Position numbers and translations under genes: made by a program. Below, in pieces: positions 18,577-27,123 of a DNA stretch of 45,464 nt. The notes beneath the pieces were generated by a model. It made no database searches and was not told the DNA's origin. It was given only the letters and a program-made list of their open reading frames with translations. The stretch comes from Actinomycetes bacterium (GTDB taxonomy: Bacteria; Actinomycetota; UBA4738; HRBIN12): positions 1 through 45,464 of the forward strand of contig JANLXF010000222.1 of the NCBI GenBank assembly GCA_031364965.1, given 5' to 3'. Positions within the stretch are counted from its first letter, which is position 1; the number at the start of each line of letters is the position of its first letter.

Positions 18577-19806
18577 GTGCCCATCATCGTTCAGAAGTAC
18601 GGCGGCACCTCCGTCGGTTCCGTCGAGCGGATCCAGGCGGTGGCCGACCGCGTCGTGAAGGCGCGTGAAGCCGGGAACGACGTCGTCGTGGTGGTCTCGG
18701 CGATGGGCGACACGACCGACGAGCTGATGCAGATGGCACACCTGATCGCACCGATCCCCGATCCGCGGGAGCTCGACATGCTGCTGACGGCCGGGGAGCG
18801 CATCGCGATGTCCCTCCTGGGGATCGCGATCAACGCCCGCGGATGCAAGGCTGCGAGCTACACGGGCTCGCAGGCCGGGATCATGACCGACACCCAGCAC
18901 GGCTCGGCCAAGATCGTCGAGATCCGGCCCAAGCGCATCATCGAGGCGCTCCAGGGCGGCGTCGTCGTGGTGCTCGCGGGATTCCAGGGGCTGTCAGTGA
19001 CGCAATATGAGATCACCACCCTCGGCCGGGGCGGCTCCGATCTCACCGCCGTGGCGATGGCCGGAGCGATCGGGGCCGACGTGTGCGAGATCTACACCGA
19101 CGTGGCAGGAGTGTTCACGGCCGATCCGCGCATCGAGCCGAAGGCTCGCAAGGTCGACGTGATCTCGTACGACGACATGCTCGAGCTCGCGGCGGCGGGT
19201 GCCAAGGTGCTGCAGTCTCGATCCGTGGAGTACGCGCGGCGCTACGGGGTCAAGCTGCACGTGCGATCGTCGTTCGACGACGCACCCGGGACGTGGGTGC
19301 AGGAGGTAGATGACATGGAAGGGGTCCTGATCTCGGGCGTCGCCCTCGATGCCGAGGAGGCGAAGGTGACGCTCGACGGGGTGCCGGACCGTCCCGGCGT
19401 CGCCGCGACCGTCTTCCGGGCGATCGCCGACGATGGCATCAGCATCGACATGATCGTGCAGAACGTGTCGCACGCAGGCGCCACCGATCTCTCGTTCACG
19501 GCACCGCGCGCCGACGTCCCACGGGTACGAACGGTGATGGAACGCCTGGTCGGCCAGATCGGCGCGACGGGCCTCACGATCGACGACGACATCGCGAAGG
19601 TGTCCCTGGTGGGTGCGGGCATGAAGACCCACCCAGGTGTGGCGGCCGACATGTTCGACGCGCTCGCCGAAGACGGGATCAATATCGAGATGATCTCGAC
19701 GTCGCCGATCCGCATCTCCTGCGTCGTTCGCCGAGGTGACGGGGCGCGTGCGCTCGGGCTCGTTCACGACCGGTTCGAGTTGGACCTCGAACGGCGCGAT
19801 GGCTGA
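18577..19806 (+). CDS. lysC: Aspartate kinase (alpha subunit; beta from an internal start)
   Basis: VQKYGGTSV, VVSAMG, TLGRGGSD, DPR, two ACT domains; AGGAG RBS. Confidence 0.97.
   Translation: MPIIVQKYGGTSVGSVERIQAVADRVVKAREAGNDVVVVVSAMGDTTDELMQMAHLIAPIPDPRELDMLLTAGERIAMSLLGIAINARGCKAASYTGSQAGIMTDTQHGSAKIVEIRPKRIIEALQGGVVVVLAGFQGLSVTQYEITTLGRGGSDLTAVAMAGAIGADVCEIYTDVAGVFTADPRIEPKARKVDVISYDDMLELAAAGAKVLQSRSVEYARRYGVKLHVRSSFDDAPGTWVQEVDDMEGVLISGVALDAEEAKVTLDGVPDRPGVAATVFRAIADDGISIDMIVQNVSHAGATDLSFTAPRADVPRVRTVMERLVGQIGATGLTIDDDIAKVSLVGAGMKTHPGVAADMFDALAEDGINIEMISTSPIRISCVVRRGDGARALGLVHDRFELDLERRDG
19315..19806 (+). CDS. Aspartate kinase beta subunit (in-frame internal start)
   Basis: AGGAGG at 19301-19306 precedes in-frame ATG codon 247 (MEGVLISGVA), the start of the ACT domains. 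Confidence 0.75.
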   Translation: MEGVLISGVALDAEEAKVTLDGVPDRPGVAATVFRAIADDGISIDMIVQNVSHAGATDLSFTAPRADVPRVRTVMERLVGQIGATGLTIDDDIAKVSLVGAGMKTHPGVAADMFDALAEDGINIEMISTSPIRISCVVRRGDGARALGLVHDRFELDLERRDG

Positions 19807-20458
19807 CCTCGATCCTCCCGGCGAGCCGCAGTCATCAGCGGCCGTGGAGCCGCCCCCGAGGCCGGACCCGGTCGTCGCGGAACCGGCAGACTCGGAGGCG
19901 CCACCGGAGCCGATGCCGCACCCTCGGGCGCCGTTCTGGATCGGTCTGGTGCTGCTGTTCGTGATCTCGGGGGTCGTCGCCGCGACCATCGCCGCCCTCG
20001 CTCAGCCCGACCTGTGCGACGGCATGACCTTCCGCTCGGACCGGTTCGGGTACTGCGTGGTAGTTCCTGAGGGATGGGTGGCGGACGGTGACGGCACGCT
20101 CGGCGAGATACCGGCCGACCGGGTGCAGATGACCGACGACGTGGGCACGGTGTACGTCCAGGCCGTGCCGGTCAGCGAGGGTCAGACCCTCCGGGACTTC
20201 GCCGACTCGCTCCGATCGCTGAACGAACAGGCCGGCTACCAGCTCGAGGAGATCACCGAGCGATCGGTCGCCGGGGTGCCGGCTCTGCGTTGGGACTTCA
20301 CCACCGGGGTGAAGGGCGGCGTGCAGCTGACGATGCGCGAGATCGTCTTCATCGACGGTGGGAACGCCTGGCGGGTGCAGGTGTCGGCGGCCGAACCGAC
20401 CTTCGACGACACCGCCGGCATCGTCGACACGATGCTCTCGAGCTGGGTGTTCACGTAG
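19799..20458 (+). CDS. Single-pass membrane protein with an extracytoplasmic PsbP/DcrB-like domain
   Basis: Pro-rich N-terminus, one TM helix, FGYCVVVPEGW and terminal SSWVF pattern. Confidence 0.6.
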   Translation: MADLDPPGEPQSSAAVEPPPRPDPVVAEPADSEAPPEPMPHPRAPFWIGLVLLFVISGVVAATIAALAQPDLCDGMTFRSDRFGYCVVVPEGWVADGDGTLGEIPADRVQMTDDVGTVYVQAVPVSEGQTLRDFADSLRSLNEQAGYQLEEITERSVAGVPALRWDFTTGVKGGVQLTMREIVFIDGGNAWRVQVSAAEPTFDDTAGIVDTMLSSWVFT

Positions 20459-20508
20459 CCGACCGCTTCCCAGAGGTCGGGGAACCCCGCTGCTATCGTG
20501 GAACGACC

Positions 20509-21531
20509 ATGCGTGTCGCCGTGATCGGAGCTACGGGAGCGGTCGGCAGGGAGATGACCCGTACGCTCGAAGAGCGGTCGTTCCCCGTCGACGAGCTGAT
20601 CCCGTTGTCCTCGGCGAGGAGCGCCGGCAGCACCGTCCGGTTCCGCGACGAGGACTGGCCGGTGCGAGAGCTGTCGCCCGATCTGTTGCACGGCGTCGAC
20701 GTGGCGCTCGTGAGCGCGGGTGCATCCGTCTCGCTCGCGTTCATCCCGGCCGCGGCCGAAGGCGGCACGGTGTGCATCGACAACTCGTCTGCGTTCAGGA
20801 TGGACCCCGGCGTGCCGCTGTCGATCCCCGAGGTGAACCCCGAGGCGCTCGAAGGCTCCCCCCGGATCGTCTCGGTTCCCAACTGCACGACGATCACGGC
20901 GATGCTCGCCGTCGCGCCGCTGCATCGCGCCGCCGGGCTCCGATCGCTGGTCATGTCCTCGTATCAATCGGTGAGCGGCGCCGGGCACACGGGCGTGAGC
21001 GAGCTGCTCGAACAGGTCGAGAAACTTCGGGGCGACGAGGAGTCGCTCTCGCACCCGGTGCACGAGGCGCTTCCGACCGGGCCCACGTTCGGCAAGACGA
21101 TCGCCTTCAACGTCGTCCCGAAGATCGGTGAGTTCGAGGACGACGGTTTCACCGGGGAGGAGTCGAAGATGATGGCCGAGCCGCGGAAGATCCTCGGCCT
21201 TCCCGCCCTGCCGGTGGTGGCGACGTCGGTGCGTGTGCCGGTCATCGCGGGTCACGGCGTCTCGCTGTTGGTCGAGTTCGAGCGGCCGATCTCGGTGGCC
21301 GAGGCGCGTGACGCGATCGCATCCGCGCCCGGCGTCGAGCTGTGGGACGACCCGGGGAGCGACGTCTACCCGAGCCCGCTCGATGCGGCCGGGCGCGACG
21401 TGGCGCTCGCGGGGCGGATCCGCCAGGTGCCCGGGCGCACCGACGCGCTCGCGTTGTTCAGCTGCGCCGACAACCTCCGTAAGGGTGCCGCACTGAACGC
21501 GGTGCAGATCGCCGAGCACCTGTTCCGCTAG
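20509..21531 (+). CDS. asd: Aspartate-semialdehyde dehydrogenase
   Basis: GATGAVG, IDNSSAFRM, PNCTT, SYQSVSGAG, DNLRKGAALNAVQIAE. Confidence 0.98.
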   Translation: MRVAVIGATGAVGREMTRTLEERSFPVDELIPLSSARSAGSTVRFRDEDWPVRELSPDLLHGVDVALVSAGASVSLAFIPAAAEGGTVCIDNSSAFRMDPGVPLSIPEVNPEALEGSPRIVSVPNCTTITAMLAVAPLHRAAGLRSLVMSSYQSVSGAGHTGVSELLEQVEKLRGDEESLSHPVHEALPTGPTFGKTIAFNVVPKIGEFEDDGFTGEESKMMAEPRKILGLPALPVVATSVRVPVIAGHGVSLLVEFERPISVAEARDAIASAPGVELWDDPGSDVYPSPLDAAGRDVALAGRIRQVPGRTDALALFSCADNLRKGAALNAVQIAEHLFR

Positions 21532-21539
21532 GCGGTCGT

Positions 21540-22037
21540 CTAGTTGTCGTCGATCGGCTGGCCGCCGGGCGTCACGGACTCCGTCAGGGGCTTCACGAAC
21601 CACTTCCCGTAGTCGCTCCACCCTTCCTTCGCATAGAAGGCGGTCGTCGCCTCGCGCCACGAGGCGGTTACCAGCGCCATACGGAAGCAGCCACGCTTGC
21701 GCGCGAGGTCCTCGGCGGCGCGCAAGAGCGCCGAGCCGACGCCCAGCCCGCGTGCGGTCGCGGTGACGACCACGTCGTGCACGCGTGCCTGGGGTCTGTG
21801 GTCGCCCAGTCGCTGGTGGTACTCCATGTCGACCACGCCGACGACCGACCCCGCCGCTTCAGCGACCAGGGTGACGTTCCCGATCTGCCGCAGGTGGCCC
21901 GCGAACGCCTGGCGGTGGGTCGGGTCGTCGGCCGTTCCCTCCGCGACACCGCGCCCCAGCTCCACCAGCAGCCCGGCGACGGCGGGCCAGTCCTCGGGCC
22001 GGGCGAAGCGGACGGCGACGCGAGCAGGCTCGTCCAT
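21540..22037 (-). CDS. GNAT family acetyltransferase
   Basis: VVTATARGLGVG, AFYAKEGW; TGATG coupling to the upstream gene. Confidence 0.85.
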   Translation of the reverse strand: MDEPARVAVRFARPEDWPAVAGLLVELGRGVAEGTADDPTHRQAFAGHLRQIGNVTLVAEAAGSVVGVVDMEYHQRLGDHRPQARVHDVVVTATARGLGVGSALLRAAEDLARKRGCFRMALVTASWREATTAFYAKEGWSDYGKWFVKPLTESVTPGGQPIDDN

Positions 22038-23227
22038 CAGAAGAAGAACGGGGTCCATGGGTCGGGGCCGTCGAGGATCGCCGCGAGCGGGTCGACGACG
22101 GGATCGTCTGCGTCGAGGTGGCCGAGCCGCACCGCATCGTGCGCGCGAAGGTAGCCGGTGAACATCGACGACAAGACGCCGATCGGCAACGCTCGCCGAT
22201 CGTGCCCTTCCGCGCGCTCGACCGAGGCGCGACCGCCGCTGACGGCGAGGCGCCATGCGCCCGCGTTGTCGGGGTACATCGGGTCGTCGACCGCGAAGGT
22301 GGCGTCCACGTCGATCCCCGGGTAGCCGCGCGCCCCGAACGCGGCCGGCACGTCGAGGATGCGCAGCATCCAGTCGTAGCGGTACGGGCGCTCGACGAAC
22401 GCGTCCAGGGAGCTGAGCGCGATCGGATCGTTCGGCGGCCCGGCCCACTGCAGCCAGGTGCCGAGCCCGCGGTACCGGCGGAAGTAGGACCAGAGCGCGC
22501 GCTGGGCCGTGGGTGTCACCGCGAACAGCGCGCGGCAGTCGATGCCGAACGCGATGTCCAGCAGTCCCGGCTCGGTCTGCCGCGTGAACGACGCCACGCC
22601 GGTGATGCGGCCGCCCTCCCGGACCACGACCGTGCGCCCGGCGTCATCGTCGGATGCCGGGAGCAGGCGGGAGATCCAGAGCTCGTCGGTGACCGGCTCG
22701 ACGGGCCCGGCCGAGGTCGAGATCCACTCACGATATGCCGCGTGCATCTCGGAGACATCGCGCGGCGGGTCGGCGAGCTCGACGTTCGGGAGGGCGTCGT
22801 CGCCCGGCGGCAGCGCGTCCAGCGCCACTCGGTGGCGGGTCAATACCCCGGCGGTCTCGTAGCCCATACGGCGGTAAGGACCCAGGACGGCGGGGAAGAG
22901 TGCCGTGAGTGGGATGCCACGCTCTCGGGCGCGGTCCAGTAGCGCACGGATACACGCGGTGGCCAGCCCGCTCTCGCGGTGCTCGGGCAGCGTCGCCACA
23001 CCCCAGATCCCCGAGCAGCCGATCGGCCGTCCTCCGAACCACTGGTCGAAGTGGAAGTCGCCCGCGGTGGCCACGACCCTGCCGTCCTCGATCGCGACGC
23101 GCATGTCTTCCAACGGCCAGAACGGGGAACGTTCGATCGCTCGTTCTCGCGAGAAGTTCAGCGCGGTGGACGTCGTCTCGGCGATGCCGAGCAGGTGCTC
23201 TTGGCTAGGGGCGACGATCGTCGTCAC
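22037..23227 (-). CDS. Eis-like GNAT acetyltransferase with C-terminal SCP2-like domain
   Basis: GVATLPEHRESGLA, YRRMGY, MLRILDVPAA, aromatic C-terminus; GTG start overlaps the MazG-like stop (GTGA). Confidence 0.85.
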   Translation of the reverse strand: MTTIVAPSQEHLLGIAETTSTALNFSRERAIERSPFWPLEDMRVAIEDGRVVATAGDFHFDQWFGGRPIGCSGIWGVATLPEHRESGLATACIRALLDRARERGIPLTALFPAVLGPYRRMGYETAGVLTRHRVALDALPPGDDALPNVELADPPRDVSEMHAAYREWISTSAGPVEPVTDELWISRLLPASDDDAGRTVVVREGGRITGVASFTRQTEPGLLDIAFGIDCRALFAVTPTAQRALWSYFRRYRGLGTWLQWAGPPNDPIALSSLDAFVERPYRYDWMLRILDVPAAFGARGYPGIDVDATFAVDDPMYPDNAGAWRLAVSGGRASVERAEGHDRRALPIGVLSSMFTGYLRAHDAVRLGHLDADDPVVDPLAAILDGPDPWTPFFF

Positions 23228-23511
23228 GGGAAGGCACATCCGCAAGGCTTCGAGCCGCATCGAGGGCAACCATCGGCGTAGCGCGCCATCGCCACCTCGA
23301 GGTCGATCCCCTCGACGTTCGCGAGGGACAACAGCCACGCGAGGACGTCGCCGAACTCGTGCTCGAGGTTCGCGCGATCGCCGGTCCGCAGTGCCTTCGC
23401 GAGCTCCCCGACCTCCTCGGTGAGCCAGCGGAACGTGGCGTCGCGACCCCGCTCGGCGTCTCGCGTGAGATAGGTGTCCCGGAGTGCTGACTGGAGTGCG
23501 GCGAGTTCCAT
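23224..23511 (-). CDS. MazG-like nucleotide pyrophosphohydrolase
   Basis: WLTEEVGELA...EHEFGDVLAW (ExxE...ExxD) and Cys-rich tail CPRCGSKPCGC. Confidence 0.88.
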   Translation of the reverse strand: MELAALQSALRDTYLTRDAERGRDATFRWLTEEVGELAKALRTGDRANLEHEFGDVLAWLLSLANVEGIDLEVAMARYADGCPRCGSKPCGCAFP

Positions 23512-23568
23512 CGGGCGAGTCTAGCGGCGGACACCTTCGTCTCGGCCGGCGGCGTCTCGGATCCCGAC

Positions 23569-23598
23569 TTGTCTACCAACCGGTAGAGAAGGCATACT
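23569..23598 (+). promoter_or_regulatory. Promoter TTGTCT-N18-CATACT with overlapping palindrome TCTACC-N4-GGTAGA (candidate TetR operator)
   Basis: Perfect 6-bp inverted repeat at 23572-23587 overlapping the -35 and spacer; ATG 7 nt after the -10. Confidence 0.65.
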
Positions 23599-23605
23599 CC
23601 TGCCC

Positions 23606-25894
23606 ATGGCGGACAGCGGGGGGACCGCGCCTTCGATCGTGGAGAAGCTGTCGGGGAAGCGGATCCTGCTGACCGGCGTCACCGGCTTCCTCGCGCAGGT
23701 GGTCTTCGAGCGCCTGCTCGCCGACTTCCCCGAGACCGAGGTCGTCCTGCTCGTCCGATCTCAGACGAGCGCCACCAGCCGGGAGCGCGTCGAGTACCTG
23801 CTGCGCAAGCCCGCCTTCGATACGTTGCGTGAGCGCATCGGGGCTGACGGCCTCCTGCAGCTCTTGGACGAGCGCGTCCAGGTGGTCGACGGCGATTTCG
23901 GGCGTGGCGTGCCCGAGATCCCCGGCGGGATCGACATCGCGTGCCACTCGGCCGCGACCGTCAGTTTCGACCCGCCGATCGACGAGGGGTTCATGACGAA
24001 CCTGCAGGGCGCGATCAACCTGTACCAGGGTGTGCTCGCCGGCGGCTCGACACCCTCGCTGGTCCACGTCTCCACGGCGTACGTGGCGGGTGTGCAGAAG
24101 GGCGTGATCCCCGAGGGTCCTCTCGAGCACAAGGTCGACTACCGCCTGGAGCTCGAGCTTGCCATCGGGGCACGCCGCGACGTCGAGGTGTCATCTCGCC
24201 GCCCGGAGCAGCTCGCCGCCTTCCTCGAGAAGTCGAAGAAGGCGCACTCCCGTGCCGGCCCGTCCACGGTGGCCGAGGACGCAGAGGACCGCCGCCAGCG
24301 GTGGGTGACCAAGCGACTCGTCGAGTACGGCCGCATGCGCGCTCGGTCGCTCGGCTGGCCCGACGTCTACACCTTCACGAAGGCGATGGGCGAGCGCGCC
24401 GTCGAGGAGCTGGCGCGCGAGGCGAACCTGCCGCTCTCGATCGTCCGTCCGTCGATCATCGAGTCCGCACTCCTGCATCCCTTCCCCGGGTGGATCGACG
24501 GGTTCAAGATGGCCGACCCGATCATCCGCGCCTACGGCCTCGGCCAGATCCCCGAGTTCCCGGGGATCCCCGAAGGCATCATCGACCTGATCCCCGTGGA
24601 CTTCGTCGTGAACGCGATCCTGGCGGTCGCGGCGAACCCCGCCCAGCCGGGAGAGGCCCTCCACTACAACGTCAGCTCGGGCTACCGCAACCCTGTGCGG
24701 TTCTTCGAGCTCTACGACTGGATCCGGGGCTACTTCGAGGAACACCCGCTCCCCGAGCGCGGTCGGGGCGAGCACAAGGTGCCCGAGTGGAAGTTCCCAG
24801 GGAACCTGAGCGTGGACCGGATGCTCCGCCGGGCCGAACGGCTCACCGACGTCGCCGAGCAGATCGTCACGCATCTGCCCAAGTCCTCGGGGATGCGCAG
24901 CGCGATCCGCCGCGTCGACCGCGACAAGGCGCGCGTCGACTTCGTCAAGCGGTACAGCGAGCTCTACGGCATGTACACCGAGACGGAGGTCGTCTACACC
25001 GACGACCGCACTTTCGCGCTCTTCCAGAGCCTGAACGATCAGGACAAGGCGTACTTCCCGTTCGACGCCGCCATGGTCGACTGGAAGTACTACCTGAAGG
25101 ACGTGCACACCCCGGCCGTGACGCAGTCGCTCCGCGAGCTGTCGAAGCGCGATCGCGAGAAGCCGACGGTGAAGATCACGCCCCGCGACCAGCCGGTGGT
25201 GGCCGTGTTCGACATGGAGGGCACGATCATCACGTCGAACGTGGTGGAGTCCTATGTCTGGACGCGCATGGCCGACCTGGAGCCCGACGACTGGCCCAAG
25301 GAGCTCCTGAGCGTCTTCGGGAAGATCCCCGGCTACCTGCAGATCGACCGGCGTGACCGCGGGGACTTCCTCCGGATCTTCTTCAGGCGGTACGAAGGTG
25401 CGAGCGTTGACGGCATCGATCGGCTCGTGAGGGCGCACGTCGGGGAATTCATGCTGCAGAAGGCGAGCGCCGCGGCGATCCGCCGGGTGCGGGCGCATCG
25501 CGCAGCGGGCCATCGCACGATCTTGATCACCGCGGCGGCCGAGCCGTTCATCAGGCCGTTGTCGCCGCTCTTCGACGTCGTGATCGGGGCGGAGTTGGAG
25601 CACCGAGACGGCCGCTACACCGGCTTCATGTCGGCGCCCCCGCTCGTGGGCGAGGCGCGCGCCGCGTGGCTCAAGCGGTACGCGCTGCTCGAGGGCGTGG
25701 ACCTGAAGCACTCGTATGCCTACGCCGACTCGTACTCCGACCTTCCGTTGCTGCGGGCGGTCGGCACCCCCGTCGCCGTCTCGCCCGACTCCGCGCTCTA
25801 CCGCCACGCCCGCCGCCGCCGGTGGCCGGTCGAGGAGTGGGCGATGACCAAGAGCATGCCGCGCGTGCGGTTCCCGAGGCCGGCGGTCCGATGA
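23606..25894 (+). CDS. Fatty acyl-CoA reductase (extended SDR, male-sterility type) fused to a C-terminal HAD-IB hydrolase
   Basis: TGVTGFLA, HVSTAYV, YTFTK (YxxxK), RPSII, DLIPVDFVVN; then FDMEGT, LITAA, YADSYSD. Confidence 0.88.
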   Translation: MADSGGTAPSIVEKLSGKRILLTGVTGFLAQVVFERLLADFPETEVVLLVRSQTSATSRERVEYLLRKPAFDTLRERIGADGLLQLLDERVQVVDGDFGRGVPEIPGGIDIACHSAATVSFDPPIDEGFMTNLQGAINLYQGVLAGGSTPSLVHVSTAYVAGVQKGVIPEGPLEHKVDYRLELELAIGARRDVEVSSRRPEQLAAFLEKSKKAHSRAGPSTVAEDAEDRRQRWVTKRLVEYGRMRARSLGWPDVYTFTKAMGERAVEELAREANLPLSIVRPSIIESALLHPFPGWIDGFKMADPIIRAYGLGQIPEFPGIPEGIIDLIPVDFVVNAILAVAANPAQPGEALHYNVSSGYRNPVRFFELYDWIRGYFEEHPLPERGRGEHKVPEWKFPGNLSVDRMLRRAERLTDVAEQIVTHLPKSSGMRSAIRRVDRDKARVDFVKRYSELYGMYTETEVVYTDDRTFALFQSLNDQDKAYFPFDAAMVDWKYYLKDVHTPAVTQSLRELSKRDREKPTVKITPRDQPVVAVFDMEGTIITSNVVESYVWTRMADLEPDDWPKELLSVFGKIPGYLQIDRRDRGDFLRIFFRRYEGASVDGIDRLVRAHVGEFMLQKASAAAIRRVRAHRAAGHRTILITAAAEPFIRPLSPLFDVVIGAELEHRDGRYTGFMSAPPLVGEARAAWLKRYALLEGVDLKHSYAYADSYSDLPLLRAVGTPVAVSPDSALYRHARRRRWPVEEWAMTKSMPRVRFPRPAVR

Positions 25895-25907
25895 GGAGGT
25901 ACGCGTG

Positions 25908-27113
25908 ATGGCCCAGGCGCTCGAGCTCTTCCGCAGCGCGCCGCGGTTCCTCACCGCGCGGACGGTGGGAGACCGCATACCCGGGCTCGTGTCCGGACCC
26001 CTCGCCCCGCTCCGCCTGGTCAACAAGGCGGACCCCGTGCCCACGCGGGACGGATGGGCGCGGGTCAAGCCGCTCTTATCCGGGATCTGCGGCAGCGATC
26101 TCTCGACGCTGGCCGGGAAGTCCTCGTTCTACTTCTCGCCGTTGGTGACGCTCCCGTTCGTGCCCGGTCACGAGGTCGTGGGCGAGCTGCTCGACGATTG
26201 CGGCGATCTGAAGGCCGGAACCCGCGTCGTGCTTTCCTCGGTCCTGGGGTGCGCCGCGCGCGGACTCCCAGAGCTCTGTGCGAACTGCGCGGCCGGCGAG
26301 TATGGCCGATGCGACCGCGTGACGGTCGGCGACCTCGATCCGGGCCTGCAGACGGGCTACTGCCGCGATACCGGGGGCGGGTGGAGCAGGCTGATGCTGG
26401 CACACCGGTCGCAGCTCTGGGCCGTGCCCTCCGCACTCAGCGACGAGACCGCGGTGCTGATCGAGCCCCTCGCGTGCGCGATCCATGCCGCGCTCAGGGC
26501 GCGGGTTCCCGACGGTGGCTCCGTCCTCGTGATCGGTGCCGGCACCGTGGGCTTGCTCACCTCGATCGCGCTACGGCGTTTCGCGAACCCGGGACGCGTG
26601 GTCGTGGCGGCGAAGCACCCCCGTCAACGCGCCGCCGCGACGCTGGCCGGCGCCGACGAGGTCGTCCGCCCCGAGCACGCCCTCAAGGCGGTGCGGCGTT
26701 CCTCGCAGGCCGTGAAGCTCACCCCCGAGCGAGGGCAGGACTTCCTGCTCGGGGGGGTCGACGTCGTGCTCGAATGCACGGGCTCAAAGAGCGCGCTCGA
26801 TATGGCCTTGCGCACGACGAAGGCCGGCGGCCGCGTGGTGGTGAGCGGCATCCCCGCCCCGGGGGCCGACCTCACCCCGCTCTGGTTCCGCGAGCTCGAG
26901 CTCGTCGGGGCTTACACCAGCGCGATGGAAGACGTCGACGGGGGCCGACGGCATTCATTCGCCCTCGCCCTGGAACTTGCGAGCAACCTGCCCATGCTGG
27001 ACCAGCTCGTGGGCGCGACCTATCCGCTCGACCGCTGGCGCGACGCGATCGATCACGCGATGTCCGCCGGACGGCTCGGCACGTTCAAGGTGGCCTTCGC
27101 GCCCCAGACCTAG
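25908..27113 (+). CDS. Zinc-dependent alcohol dehydrogenase (MDR family)
   Basis: GICGSD, GHE, four structural Cys, EPLAC, GAGTVG; AGGAGG RBS; start GTG 25905 or ATG 25908. Confidence 0.9.
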   Translation: MAQALELFRSAPRFLTARTVGDRIPGLVSGPLAPLRLVNKADPVPTRDGWARVKPLLSGICGSDLSTLAGKSSFYFSPLVTLPFVPGHEVVGELLDDCGDLKAGTRVVLSSVLGCAARGLPELCANCAAGEYGRCDRVTVGDLDPGLQTGYCRDTGGGWSRLMLAHRSQLWAVPSALSDETAVLIEPLACAIHAALRARVPDGGSVLVIGAGTVGLLTSIALRRFANPGRVVVAAKHPRQRAAATLAGADEVVRPEHALKAVRRSSQAVKLTPERGQDFLLGGVDVVLECTGSKSALDMALRTTKAGGRVVVSGIPAPGADLTPLWFRELELVGAYTSAMEDVDGGRRHSFALALELASNLPMLDQLVGATYPLDRWRDAIDHAMSAGRLGTFKVAFAPQT

Positions 27114-27123
27114 GAGACCGACG

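Noticed and set aside
23224-23270. Sec read-through of the TGA after the Cys-rich MazG-like tail
   Set aside because: The TGA is part of a GTGA start/stop coupling with the next gene and is not at a Cys-motif position
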